64,000 nt of DNA. It comes from Takakia lepidozioides. Lineage: Eukaryota > Plantae > Bryophyta. Positions within the stretch are counted from its first letter, which is position 1; the number at the start of each line of letters is the position of its first letter. The position numbers and the translations under genes were made by a program. Of the stretch, positions 39,795-51,606 are shown piece after piece. The DNA lies in the NCBI GenBank assembly GCA_030704615.1, contig CM060731.1, positions 76,942,001 through 77,006,000 on the forward strand, read 5' to 3'. The notes under the pieces are model-generated. The model was not told where the DNA came from, searched no databases, and saw only the letters and a program-made list of their open reading frames with translations.

Positions 39795-42763
39795 TGATGA
39801 CTGAATCCCGACAAGTCCCCATCACACAACGCTGAATGTCATCGGGGTAGAACCAGACCTTGTGAGGTCTAAACTCCTGCGCTGAGTAATTTCTGAACAA
39901 ACCTGTGAATGTCGGTGCTGGAGTCCCGCCAGCGCCTCTGCAAATTTTAGTTGTGCACTTCACAAAAGACAGTGCCCTGATAGTAGAACAACCAACTGTC
40001 GATCCTTTCGGAGTCCGTTCTATGTGCCACATTGCATCACCACAAATTGGTCTCCTCAACCGGCAGCAGCGTCCGTCCTTCTCCCCATGCCGGAGCTGTC
40101 GCATATGTTGCATCGAAATCTGCAGAAGAACCCGCATCCACAGATGGAGAAGTACATCCGAAATTGGGTGGCACAGGCACATGAGGTATGGAGAAATTGT
40201 CTCTATCATGCCGACGGGAGTCGCCAGCCGATCCTAGAGGGGTGTCCAGTTTGCGCTTTTATGATCCGAATCTCTCCTCACCTTCCAGATGTGGGAGCCT
40301 GGACTGTAAAGGTGTTCCAATCGTGTACTCGTTAACAGCCCGCGCCATTTTTGCAGGATGCTTGCATCTGTTAGCAGCCCTGAGCAGCAACTCTGCCCTG
40401 TCCGGCCCCTTACCAGCACCCCGTCCCCTGAGAAAGTCTCGGTACTTTGTTTGTTGCGAAAGAGCGCGGATAAGGTCATCTGCAGTTGCAACGTAAAGGT
40501 TCCGGCCGTTCTTACCGGATTGCGCCATCCACATACTATGAACAGTCTCCGCGAGATTGCAGGATGGCATATCCGCAATGTCTTCCAGTGACATATTCTG
40601 CAGATAAATGCCACACACATGCCACTGTTATGTGGAGCAGTATTGGACTGGACTAGACTGGACAACAAGGCCGCTGGTGCACACCCCCATATATATAAGA
40701 ATAATTGAAAATCATAGTAGTATGAGTCTAACTTACAACGGTCATGAAGGCACCCCACTGTCTGTATCTGAAGTGCCAAAAGCCCAACCAGTCTTCTAGC
40801 TCTTTGATCCCCTCCAGACTCGCCGCCTCAGAGGAGTACCACCATGCTCTGATAGTATCAAACATGGCATTTGCTTCCCTTTATGTGGTGGCATCTTTGT
40901 ATAGACGGCATAGTCGCAGGTGCTCCTCTTGCAACTCCAATTTTATGGAATTTTTTGTGTGCCGACGAAGGGACTGGGTCCAATGAAAGAGGCAAGTGCG
41001 TTCCCGGCCTTGCATTGGTATTTTCGGGTCACCAGAGCCAAACACAGTCCGCACAACATTCCAATTAGCTTGTGCGCTGTCTGCCATGAACCCTGTGAAA
41101 TTTGCATCTGGTAAACCATGAACTCTCATGACGTTAACTAGAGCCTTCCACATAAGAAGTTGGGACTCTGTGTCCTCCGACTGCATGTCACAAACAGCAA
41201 TAGTCATAACTCGCTGGTACGTAGGATCATACACATGACAGGCCATGGTCGTCCAATCCTTCACTCGCTTCACGTGATCAAACATTACCTAGGACTTATG
41301 AAGTTCACCCCCGGCCTGCATTCTACGAACCAGGCTAACTCCAGAACCCTCCGCAACAGTGGACATCTTGAACAAGTATACTTTTTGGGACCCCTGTCCT
41401 GGGAAAACACTGTCCTGGATGAAGTCGTATCGACTTCTGCGCTTCAATTCTAGGATGCTGTCTACGTATCCTTTGTTGCTTGCCCCAGTCCTAAGGACGT
41501 TGATTTGATAACGAGCATTTGGAGAAGCCAATGTTGAGAAATGGTCCATCACAAAGTCAAGCGATGCACTATCAAACTTAGTCGTTGTCTCGTCTGACTC
41601 CCCCAGCAGATGTTTGTGCAGGAAACCTTTACTTGCTGCCATAGCAATGGTTGATGGTGATGCAGTGGGAGCATTTTGAAATTCTTGCTGAAGCAGCGAA
41701 CGCACTGTCTCAACACTCTCCCTGCAATCTCCTCGCGACACTGGATGGGCATGGGTGCCAAAATGGATACAAGCCCGTGTGAGGTGGTTGATACGGTGCA
41801 ACACATAGTACATCCGTGCATTGCATTCCGCCATGCATTGTGGCACGACTTTGCAAAACTTGCAAACGACGGAACTGCTCTTTGGAGGAGCACACCCTAC
41901 TTGAAATGGGTTGCCGCAGACTCCCTCCCACCTCATCTCATTTGCCACACCGGCCATCTGGAAATGCTGGCAATCCGAATTTGCACAACGCAAGTGCCCA
42001 GTGCAAATGGATTCCGAAACTTCAGGCCATGCGGATTACAGATATTGGAAGTTTTAGTTCGACACCATGGGTGTCCATCGTGTTTCTTGTCCATGCCCGC
42101 CATGAGTCCAGCCAAACCTCCACATGACGTCGGAGGTGGCAGTTCAAAAACGATGTTTCCATCAAAATAAGGGGGTAGAAATTTCGCTCTTTGGATCCGC
42201 CGTGTTTCCCAAACAATGCCTCTCACATTGCTCTTGCATCCTGGCAATCCTCTCAACGACTGCAACTTGGGAATGACACTAATGATCTCCTAGACATCGG
42301 GGTCTACCAGTATAGGAGGGTTCGTAGGAAGAGGGACCTCTGTGACATCGACTTCCGAACTGTCCGAGAGCTCGACAAATGTCGTGGAGGTAGTTTCTTT
42401 TGTCTTGATGGGGACCGACTTTGGCGCCTACGCCACCGAAGCTGCTGTTCCGGGCGTGAGTATAGTGTCCGATGAAAGGCGTCTCTGATCTCCATGAACG
42501 CGGTACTTGGCGGGTGGAACTCTCCACTCTCTTCGACCATCCCGTTTATGGGGCTTCTGAACCTGCGTTCCCTCGACCTTCCCACTACTGTCGTACACCT
42601 CTCTGACCACATGGACGGTCCCTGGCTCAAAGCGGAATGTTATGCAAATCAAATCCTCCTCGACAATGGCCAGGCCATTGTCGTCGGCCAGGACGCTCAG
42701 GTACTCGGCTTGCAGAGGGAAGTAGAGTGTTACCACGTCTGAGGTGGGAGACATGGTACGCAT
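39795..42763 (-). pseudogene. MULE-family DDE transposase, with stops/frameshifts and at least one intron
   Basis: MFDHVKRV (D1), FMADSAQANWNVVRTVF (D2), CLFHWTQSL (MULE CxxH), CNLAETVH (E); Cys/His-rich N-terminal region. Confidence 0.85.
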
Positions 42764-43555
42764 GGATTGGGATGAAGCACACTGGACAATGTGGGGGACT
42801 CCTATTCTGTGTTCATACTGTTTATCTTTGCATAGTGTACTTTCTCTTTTCCATCATTCTCATGATAATCTTGCAGCGTTTCGCCGCCCTAAAAACAGCT
42901 CAGCAGTATTAAGAATTACGAGGGTGCGTTCAATTTTCTGACAATGACATATTTCCCTCGGACAAACCCGCAGCCCATTCCATAACGACCTCTATGTTGG
43001 TGGAACACCAACTGACACCCACGGGTACGTGGTGTCCATGCAGAGGTTCCACTAAAAGGGCCCAAACCGGCAATGATGGTCCATGCCAGTTGGCCATTCC
43101 CAAGTTGCACAGCAGACAAACCCCCCAGCTGCAATTCGAACAAGTCAATTAAGAGCCGTCTCTGTTTTTTGGGATAATCCTAAACGGATGACTTCGGAGA
43201 TGAAACCCCAACCGCCATCCATCCATCCGTTTTGTGGACCCTAATGGAGTGTTGGATGAGTGTCCCGTTAGTGTCATTTCGAACTATTCACACTGGAGCC
43301 TCCCAAGAACGTCATTGTTAGTGCAAAGAAGAGGACGCGTAGGAAGTCTCTTTACTACACGTCGGCGAGGCAGAGGTTGAAAGCCAAAGAGAGAATGAGG
43401 AAGACTCGGAGGGCGCTTGATCTTTCCGAGGGGGAGAGTGACCGTGAAGGGGAGGGATCTGCTGGCAAAGGGTTACAAAATAGGGGAGTTGCGGAGCCGT
43501 TTGTGGAAAAGTAGTTGGAGGAGCTTTTGGAACTTCCCCTTTTGCGTGAGGCTGG

Positions 43556-45741
43556 GATGGAAAGAATGCCACCTATAAGAGAGGAGGAGGGCATGCCAGG
43601 CAGTGATGTTACTCCTGTGCAGGAGGTCGTAACGAAGCAGGTGGCCGTGAATACCCGGGAGCGCCAATCCAACACAGCGCTGTCTTTGCGGGCGTTGAAG
43701 GACAAGGCACAAGTGGGAGGCAGCATGCGAGTAGTGGATTTGGAGACGGACAACGCTGAACATAGTCTCCTTCAGGTAGCACCACCATTGCCATGCACAG
43801 TTCAGTTTGTTTTCGCATTGTTAGAGATGAAAACTAGTGGAGCCATTGAAGTATGCCTTGCATTTTAAGATGTCGTTGACGACAGCTTAATCTGCAATCG
43901 CATCCTCCCCGCCTTACCCTCCTCTCAAGAAATATGTGATGTTTTTCAAAGGAAACGGAAGAAAGCCTGGGAGAGTCTCCGAGAGATACCAGCCGAGAAG
44001 AACGCACCAGACCAGAACCCTGAAGTGGACATCAACATGGTGACTGAGGAGGAGGTGCCCAGGGTTCACTCTCCGCAGCGGGCTAGGGCAACAGTGGAGC
44101 AGCCAGTGGACACACAACCACGAGTGAAGGGGAAGACACAAGTGCAAGGAACAATGCGACTTGCAGAGAAGGGGTCTTCCAGCGGCCGTCCAAAGCCTGC
44201 GAAGGTTTGTTCTAGCTTGCCCATTCTCATTTCTGAGGGTTGTTGTGAAGTAGAAAAGAGGTGATTATGCCACTACTCCGGAGGAAGAGAGAATAGCGAA
44301 CGGGGTGGAAACCAAAATGAAAGATGAGATGGATACGGCGAGGAAAAACCTCAAAAGTGCGTTTGACTAGCACATACGAATTGCTGACCCTGGGCTGGGA
44401 AAGGGGTTTCTGGAGCAGATTCGGATACACTGGAACAAGCCCACCAAGCCTGAGATGACACAGGAAAAGATCCACCGTCTGTCGATTTCCATGGTTGAGC
44501 CGGCTCAAAAAGTGAGGTGGCTCGAAATCTGGAACTCGGATCCAATCGTCCGGGACACCAACAATTTCCCAAAACCGCATAGGGACCCTGAGACAGGAGT
44601 GGTGACACCTGTGAGCGACCGTGCATTTGAGACATGGTTGCATAAAGCTATCTTCTGGAGCCAGGTAAGAATTTTCAAACGTTCCACATTGTTCGCAATG
44701 ACTTCACTGGTTTTTGGGTTTAACCACTGAGGGTACATCGTTGTTTTTGCAGCTGGAGAAGCGGGCCATTGAAACATTGGAGAAGTCACTACTAGACTAC
44801 AAAATCACCATGACATCTCCCAGCATCAAGTTTGAGTCCTACGTTTGTAAATGGAGAAGAAAGTTCTGGAAGTATGCATTTTTCCGGGAGTTCGAGAAGG
44901 AGGGAGGGATTCTTTGATCTAAAGATTTCGATCATCAGTACAATGGCGAGGAGGCAATGAAACGTCTGCTGTACAGGTGTGTGCACTAACTCAATTCTTT
45001 TTCTGTGAGGGGGAAATTAAGGTGTCGTCAACGACACCTTAATTTGTGCAATATTGTTAGGCCCATTCCTGCTTATACTGGACCTTCTAGGACTTTCATC
45101 CTGTAAGGGGGTTCGGTTTAAGGTGGCCTCAATGTCTCCACCTTTGTCCCTATTCTCAATTGTAAAGCAGTCTTGTGGTGTTCTGTATTGTGTCATTGTC
45201 TTTTTTGATTGCTATTTGAGAATGGGAATTAAGGTGTCGTTGACGATACCTTAAATCCATGTTCTCTTGGGAAGAGTGAGCATATGAAGGGGGATCTTAC
45301 ATGGTCTGATTTTTGGGAAAATTGCCAACATCAGTTGTGGAGTCCTGCCTCTTAGTGCTTGGATTAAGATGTCGTTGACGACACCTTAATCCTCAGAGTG
45401 AAATGCAGCCATTTATAGCAGTTCTATGGCCATTTCTGTTGTGTTCAAGGAAACTCTCTAAGCGGGATGGTCTTCTTCTCTGCAGGTACTTTCGCTTTGT
45501 TCTTATTCCGGAGAACACCCTGAGTGAGGATCCAGACTTCATTCGTGGATGGGCGAACCCAAACGATGAAACCACAATGTACACTGCTGGCATTGTGAAG
45601 GATTGGGGTTGGGCACATTACCATGACTGTGGGTGGTACGTGGACTGCCCAAGAGCTTCGACTCCATGGGAGGAGAATGTCACGAGGAATCAGAACGAAA
45701 ACGCAGATTCACTGGCCCCCTGGACAGATGAGGAGTTGTAG
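43556..45741 (+). pseudogene. N-terminal and middle exons of the MULE cargo gene (approx. 43556-43775, 43930-44204, 44255-44663, 44752-44975, 45486-)
   Basis: Protein-like open frames bounded by GT/AG sites, divergent from the transposase and on the same strand as the methyltransferase exons. Scattered stops; exact model uncertain. Confidence 0.5.
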
Positions 45742-46347
45742 CAAAGAGCCATGGCGCTACTGAATAAGAAAGAGCCTACAAAACCGGCCACCCCTTCTGA
45801 CGGCAAGAAGAAAAAGAAGGGGAAACAGACAGTGGAGGCTACAGCGGTTGATGCGGGTACTGTGGGGAAGCAGTGGCAGACCCTCCTGACACTGCTGGGC
45901 CAGCTGGGGCTTCTGTTCATTTGGCTGTGCAACCTGCCCAAAAATAGCAGACACAGGTCGCCAACACATCCACTGCTGTAGATCGGCGCAGTACACACAT
46001 AGCAAAAAAACGCCCTTACGAAGCACGGCTGTGTGTGTCCAGGGTTGTGGGCCCACACTTCCAGCGTAAAACGGCCAACGTGAGCTTCCTCCGTATGATG
46101 GAGTCAAGAAAGTCCACTTTTGTGGGTGTGAAGTCACCTATATGGGACCATCTGTGCTCTTTCCTCACCCTGGTGAGCCCGCCGCATCTATCATACTCTG
46201 GTCATTTTTGATGCATTGTTGGGGGAACGTAGGTGGTGCATTAAGGTGTCGTCAACGACATCTTAATATGGGAGGTGCAACGATCATTGGTTCAGGTGTC
46301 TCCACTGCAATTTGTCTATCTCATACGATTGTCTGTCCTCATTTCAG

Positions 46348-47345
46348 GTCACCAGGACGCCATGTTGGGTGAATGGAGTGCAGCAGCCCTACGCGACAGA
46401 TCTTGTCATCCTTGACATCCCAGATGGGCTTCCAGTGCCTGATATCATTCCCACAGATGTGACTCCAGCCTGGAATGCTCATAATCCACTTTACTGGCAG
46501 TGGGCCTTCTCTTTCAGCTACAAGTTTCTGTCTGACGTTGGGTCGCTTTTGATTTTCCAGGGTGAGGACATGGCATCCCGCCGGTTGCTTCACAGCTACA
46601 TGAAGTCGTCGGGGTTCAAAATCCGCAAAATTTGGACCTGTGTGAACACCCTGCCACTATCTAATGCAGAGTTTCCCGGACAGAAGGTGCTTGCCTGGTT
46701 TTTTTTGTGTGTTATTGTTTCGTGGAATTTCCCTTCACAACGTTTCTAACATTGGTGCTGCTGCAGACACATGTGTTCAAGGCCATTTGTCTTGCTCGAA
46801 TTCGGCCAGACACCACTCCTGCTCATGTTGGCCATTTCGACGTTTGGGAAGGGGGGCTTCACATAGACCCTGAATGCGACCCTGTGCAATCTGATGTTAT
46901 CCACAACTATGTGGACTCCTCCCAGACATTGAAAAAAACTGGTGGCATTCCATGGAGAGGTGCTCGGGAGAAGTCACCCGCTTTCATGCAGACTTTGATT
47001 GAGACATGCAGCCAGCATGGTGGAAAAGTGGTGGACCTGTCCATGGGTACAGGTTGGTACCCAATCAGATTCCATTGCTTGGGTGCACTTCTTTGCCTTC
47101 AGATTTTGCTTCTTACTTTGTTTCGTGGATCCATTTGCACTATTGCAGGGGCTTCCTTCCATGCATGCAAGTATGCAGGAAGGCATTTTTTTGGGATGGA
47201 GGGGGACGAGCATCTCTACTCTCAAGTCATCGCACCTCTGTCTGGGGGTTCATCGCATTCGACCCAGACTGAGAACATTGTTGTGGAGCAGGATCTGCAA
47301 GAGCCCGATGCTCTAGATGTTGATTCCGATTTCTCATGTGAGTAA
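46348..47345 (+). CDS. Beta-class amino (N6-adenine/N4-cytosine) DNA methyltransferase domain; exons 46348-46686, 46767-47052, 47149-47345
   Basis: The spliced translation has no stops. It reads DLVILDIPD (motif IV, DPPY-like), FLSDVGSLLIF (V-VI), and EKSPAFMQTLIETCSQHGGKVVDLSMGTGASFHACKYAGRHFFGMEGDEHLY (X-I-II, cf. KP..L...I..S..G..VLDPF.GSGTT..A....GR.FIG.E.D..Y). Confidence 0.85.
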
Positions 47346-50279
47346 GTGCTAGTTCAGTTGTGGCACTTCACTGACACGACGACGCATCCTTCCATTTCCA
47401 TCTTTCCTGCACAAGTTGGGCCAGCAGAATGTATATGGACTTACATTGTTTGTTTGTGTGTACAGGAGCCCAAGGTCGTCACGGTTCCTCCCTTTCTTTG
47501 CAAACCCGCAATTTTCCCCAAGTCCGAAAGCAGATTTTAAATTGCCATGTTATGCGGAGGCTGCAGCTTCGGAATTTAGTCTCCTCTCTTCTCCCCTTAG
47601 TTTGCTTTTGAACAGAGAGGGTTTTGTGCAAAGCAGGGCTAGTGTCTTCATAGACAGTTCTGCCATCGTTTTGGATGCCGACTCCAGTAGCACAAAATAT
47701 TCTTTGTCGGAATGAATCTTCAGTTATTAAAAAATTAAGTTTGAAGCACCAAATGGCCTCTCCACCTTCTTTGCAACTGTGTGTCAGCAACTATGTCAAG
47801 TTTTGATTGCTGGTGAAAGGACAATCACAACCCTCACCAGTGGGCAGAAGTTCACTCTAGAGCTGGGGGGGATTTAGCAACCACTACTCAAAAATGCATC
47901 TTAGTTTTGCATTCATCTACAAACGACATTCATCCATGTACCATTCGTCGAACATCCTTTCATCCCCCATTCATCCATCGTTCATCCATAACGATGAATG
48001 ACGTGTGCATGATAAACTTGACACAACCCGCAGTAATAGGTCCTCTAGGCCGAATAGGTGTCGGCGGTTATAGGTGAGCACATGCAGATCCGTGAACAGA
48101 ATTCTGCTCACAGAATTTTCTGCTCACGGAATCTGCTCACGGTTTAGCAATCCCCGTGAACTTCGTGTCCCTGTCACAAATGATCTCACGAGGTATCCCG
48201 TGGATCCGAAAGATTTCTTTCATGAACAGTGAAGCCACCTCAGGGGCAGTGACTGTCATTTTTGTGGGAATCAAGTGTGTTGTCTTAGACAGTCTATCAG
48301 CAACCACCATGATGCTATTATGTCCATTTCTGGTCCGTGGAAGTGCCACTATAAAATCCATACTTATCGATTCCCAGTTTCCATTGGGAACACTTAGTGG
48401 TTGTAATAATCCAGGAGGACGTATCATTTCTGATTTTGAGACTTGACATGGAAAGCATCTATCCATATACTCTTTGATCTGTCTCTTCATTCCTGGCCCG
48501 AAATATTGTTTTCTAACGGCCACATAGGTTCTCTGAAAGCCCGGATGTCCAGCTATGGGAATATTATGACAGTGATAAATGATACGCAGTCGCAAATCCT
48601 GTAAAGAGGGAATGCACATACGCACGTGATAATATAATATCCCATCATGCAACAAGTATGGACGGTACTTGTCAATCTCATCAGAGGTCCGACGGTCATG
48701 CAAGAGGCTTTCATATGGTGCTTTGAAAAACACATCATCGACATAATGATTCTTCACATCATCAATCATAGAGCTTTTCACAAGCGACATAGCATTGACC
48801 ATCGGCCTTCTAGAGAGTGCATCTGCCAGAACATTCTCTTTTCCCTTCACTAACCGCAGATCATAATGAAACTGCTGAAGGAATTCAACCCATCGAATCT
48901 GACGACGACTCAAATTGGGTTGTGTACTGAGATATTTTAAACTCTCATGATCCGTTTCAATTGTAAAGTCCACATGAAGCAAGTAGTGCCTCCATATCTT
49001 CAGTGCGTGAATCATAGCCAAAAGTTCTTTTCTATGAACAAGATGATACTGCTCCAGCTTTCCCCCACCTGTCATTTACACCACCCCATGGTTTTTTCCA
49101 CCCAGAAGTCATTCAGACTTGTTGCCTAGAGGGCCATAACACAACGGCTGAGATTCCTCCTCGTTGATATGAACTTGGACAAAGAATTGCGAATCTAGGC
49201 TTGAAAGTAGAGATTTTTCTTTGATGAGCTGGATGTTGCTGGCTGCACTCTGCAGTTTGTAGCTTAGTCACTACCAAACGTAAAGACTTTCTTCAGTTCT
49301 CTTCCTCTTTTTTTGAGAGCGGTACAGGTCGTTGTGAGTGTTTCTTTATGTAGCATTGGAAAAACTGTGATATGCTCTGTACCTCAAAAATTCACATCCA
49401 AGAGGTGGAGTTGCAGGTTTGGAGCATGAAGGTGGAAACATGATGAAGGTACTCACTAACTTCCCTTTCGTCCGCACAATCAAATTACTCCACCACTAGT
49501 TCAGAGCAAGAATTCCTCGCGAGCCCCAAATTGTATTGGTGATAATAGAGATAGCATATGTAAATCGGAGAAGAAAGATGCATGAATTCAAGTGTTGGGG
49601 GTTTGAGTAGGTAGACCATAGACACTTTGTCATACAAGCAGCAACGCTGCTAGTGAAGTAGGCAGGAGTGCAAAGACTTGCATGAGTGTTTGGGCCTAGA
49701 GGTTTCAGTCACAGCTTGGTTGTAGATTTGCCAGGGATTGACACTTAATTCCACGCCTTAACCATGAGAATAGCATCCACATTGTGTTCCTGCCTGCGCA
49801 TTGTATGTCCCATAACTCGAAAATTAAGGGTCTCCTGGCTCTCACTCACACTTTGATTGCTACTGCTGGCAGGCTTTGAAACCGTGGCCAGAACAAATCC
49901 AATAATTTCTCAATGATGACTATTGTAATGTTCAGAGACTGAATTGCTTACCACAATCTACTAGGCTCTACAACATATAAGCCAAAGACAAGCTCAGCCA
50001 CCAACGATGGTATATACAAAAAGATGTTATCTTTTAATGAAAATCCAACAGGCAATTTTTTTCCAAAAACATACATCACAAGAGCTGCACAAAATTAGTG
50101 GAGAGAAGAAAGGATATATCGAGTCTTAACAGCAGAAACCTAAGCACCATATCCCAGGCGTGATTGAGATATGCTACACAACAGATACATCGACACATGA
50201 TAAGACGATCTTGTTGCTAACCCAACTTATCATTAGATTGACAATTTAATCAACCGTTACAAGCCGAATCCAAACAACT

Positions 50280-50520
50280 ATGGCAAAAAAATTTCAAAGT
50301 GTCCACTTCCATGTATTGGATAATAGAAGCATCTCTGATTTTACTCTGAATTTGCCTGCAAGGATCCATGATGTGTTTGTCGCGGACATCACTCAATGTT
50401 ACAAAAACATACCCTTGACAAGTGAAGTCAGTTTGGAATATGTGGTTCAGATTGCCTTCCGGCAATACCACATTGCTCACCCTCGATCCAATCACTTGGT
50501 CCCACATAACTCCCACCTGG
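50280..50520 (+). mobile_element. Possible Penelope-like reverse transcriptase fragment at the junction of the two duplications
   Basis: VFVADITQCYKNIPL resembles the PLE RT motif D...(L)Y.NIP. Single motif only. Confidence 0.4.
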
Positions 50521-51606
50521 AAATGCTTAGCCTAAACCGCGTCTCTAGCAACACGTATCGCTTGAAGTGGCCACTGACCAGTCTGGGGCCTCTCACAGAG
50601 AAAAATGCCTACTAATGGCTTTGGTCCCCTCTCCTGCCCAACACACAACAACCTCTCATACTCCTGTTTCCCCTTTCTACTCTGAACTCGTCTGGTCACA
50701 ACAGCGCTATCATCACTGTCTTGGCTGTGTTTTCTCCTGTGCACACCATCTCCATTCCCCTGCCCAAGACAAATCCACCACTTTGACCACTGGGAGTTTC
50801 TGAAACCAAGTGACTGAGATGGCCTTGCCCCACTGGAGCAATGTGCCTGTCCCCCCCCATAGATAGGGTCTATGGAAACTGCAGAATCAAAATAATGGAC
50901 AGCAAAGGTAGAGGGAGCAGAACACTTTTCCATGTGCAAATCCAAGCCCTGCCGCTACACTGTTGGTTACTGATTCAATGTATATGATTCACAGGGGTTA
51001 CTGCTCAGACACCCTCTCCACGGGACCTTGTAATTTTATAAATGTGAACAGTGTGCCCAACCTTCCATTATGCGTCTTTCTGGATACTGGCAATCCAGCA
51101 CTCCCATGGATGATCCACACTAGACCATAACCATTCTCTCTCTCTCTCTCTCTCCCTCTCCCTCCGGGATGTTGGCGAACTTGCAAACCCAGTGGGGTCT
51201 TCACACTAGCCACACCTGACCCCGAGTTAGATTTTTATGAAGCTCCACCGCCTTTACCACGTTATGTGAGATATAATGAACCGCCATAGCAAAACTTGTT
51301 TGTATTCACCATTCAAGCAACCACAAAGTATCCGCTACTCTCTTCATACAGTTGAGCTACTTACTGAATCGGTTATTTGGCCCCCCTACAGCCATGGTCT
51401 ATATAGCACACCTAACTAAGTTGACAACAACAGTGTCAACCGAAGTCCATAATATGAGTATATCCGGAATGGATCAACAGTTGGTTAAGGCCCAATTTCC
51501 CTATTTCATAGCTACATCTGTACTAGATGCAACAGCATGTAAACCATCACGGACATGGATACACGCATCATGCTGAACGTTTATTTGCCTGTTTGAGCTT
51601 CGATCT

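Larger units (their letters stand above)
34060..46267. repeat. 15 dispersed copies of a 28 bp palindrome ATTAAGRTGTCGT-CA/TG-ACGACAYCTTAAT
   Basis: Starts at 34060, 34195, 34337, 34473, 34743, 36663, 36790, 36911, 37024, 37270, 43864, 45016, 45228, 45363 and 46240. None noticed outside the MULE. Confidence 0.92.
33672..48155. mobile_element. Mutator-like element (MULE), 9 bp TSD GTGAACTTC, with transposase and ParB-methyltransferase cargo gene
   Basis: GTGAACTTC at 33663-33671 and 48156-48164; removing the element restores integrase ICDRDTKFTSHFW. Imperfect G-initiated TIRs carry repeated GTGAGCAGA motifs at both ends in inverted orientation. Confidence 0.92.
32285..49141 (-). mobile_element. 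Ty3/gypsy chromovirus (tRNA-iMet primed), TSD CAACG, interrupted by a MULE and internally scrambled
   Basis: TSD at 32280-32284 and 49142-49146. 3' LTR 32285-32800; 5' LTR split into 39458-39794 and ~49048-49141. PBS TGGTATCAGAGCC at 39443-39455(-). gag/PR/RT 37383-39340, RH+IN-N 48156-49047, IN-C+chromodomain 32800-33671. Confidence 0.92.

Noticed and set aside
46348-47345. Bacterial contamination as the source of the methyltransferase
   Set aside because: It is split by in-frame GT-AG introns and lies within a TSD-flanked MULE nested in a plant-type retrotransposon.
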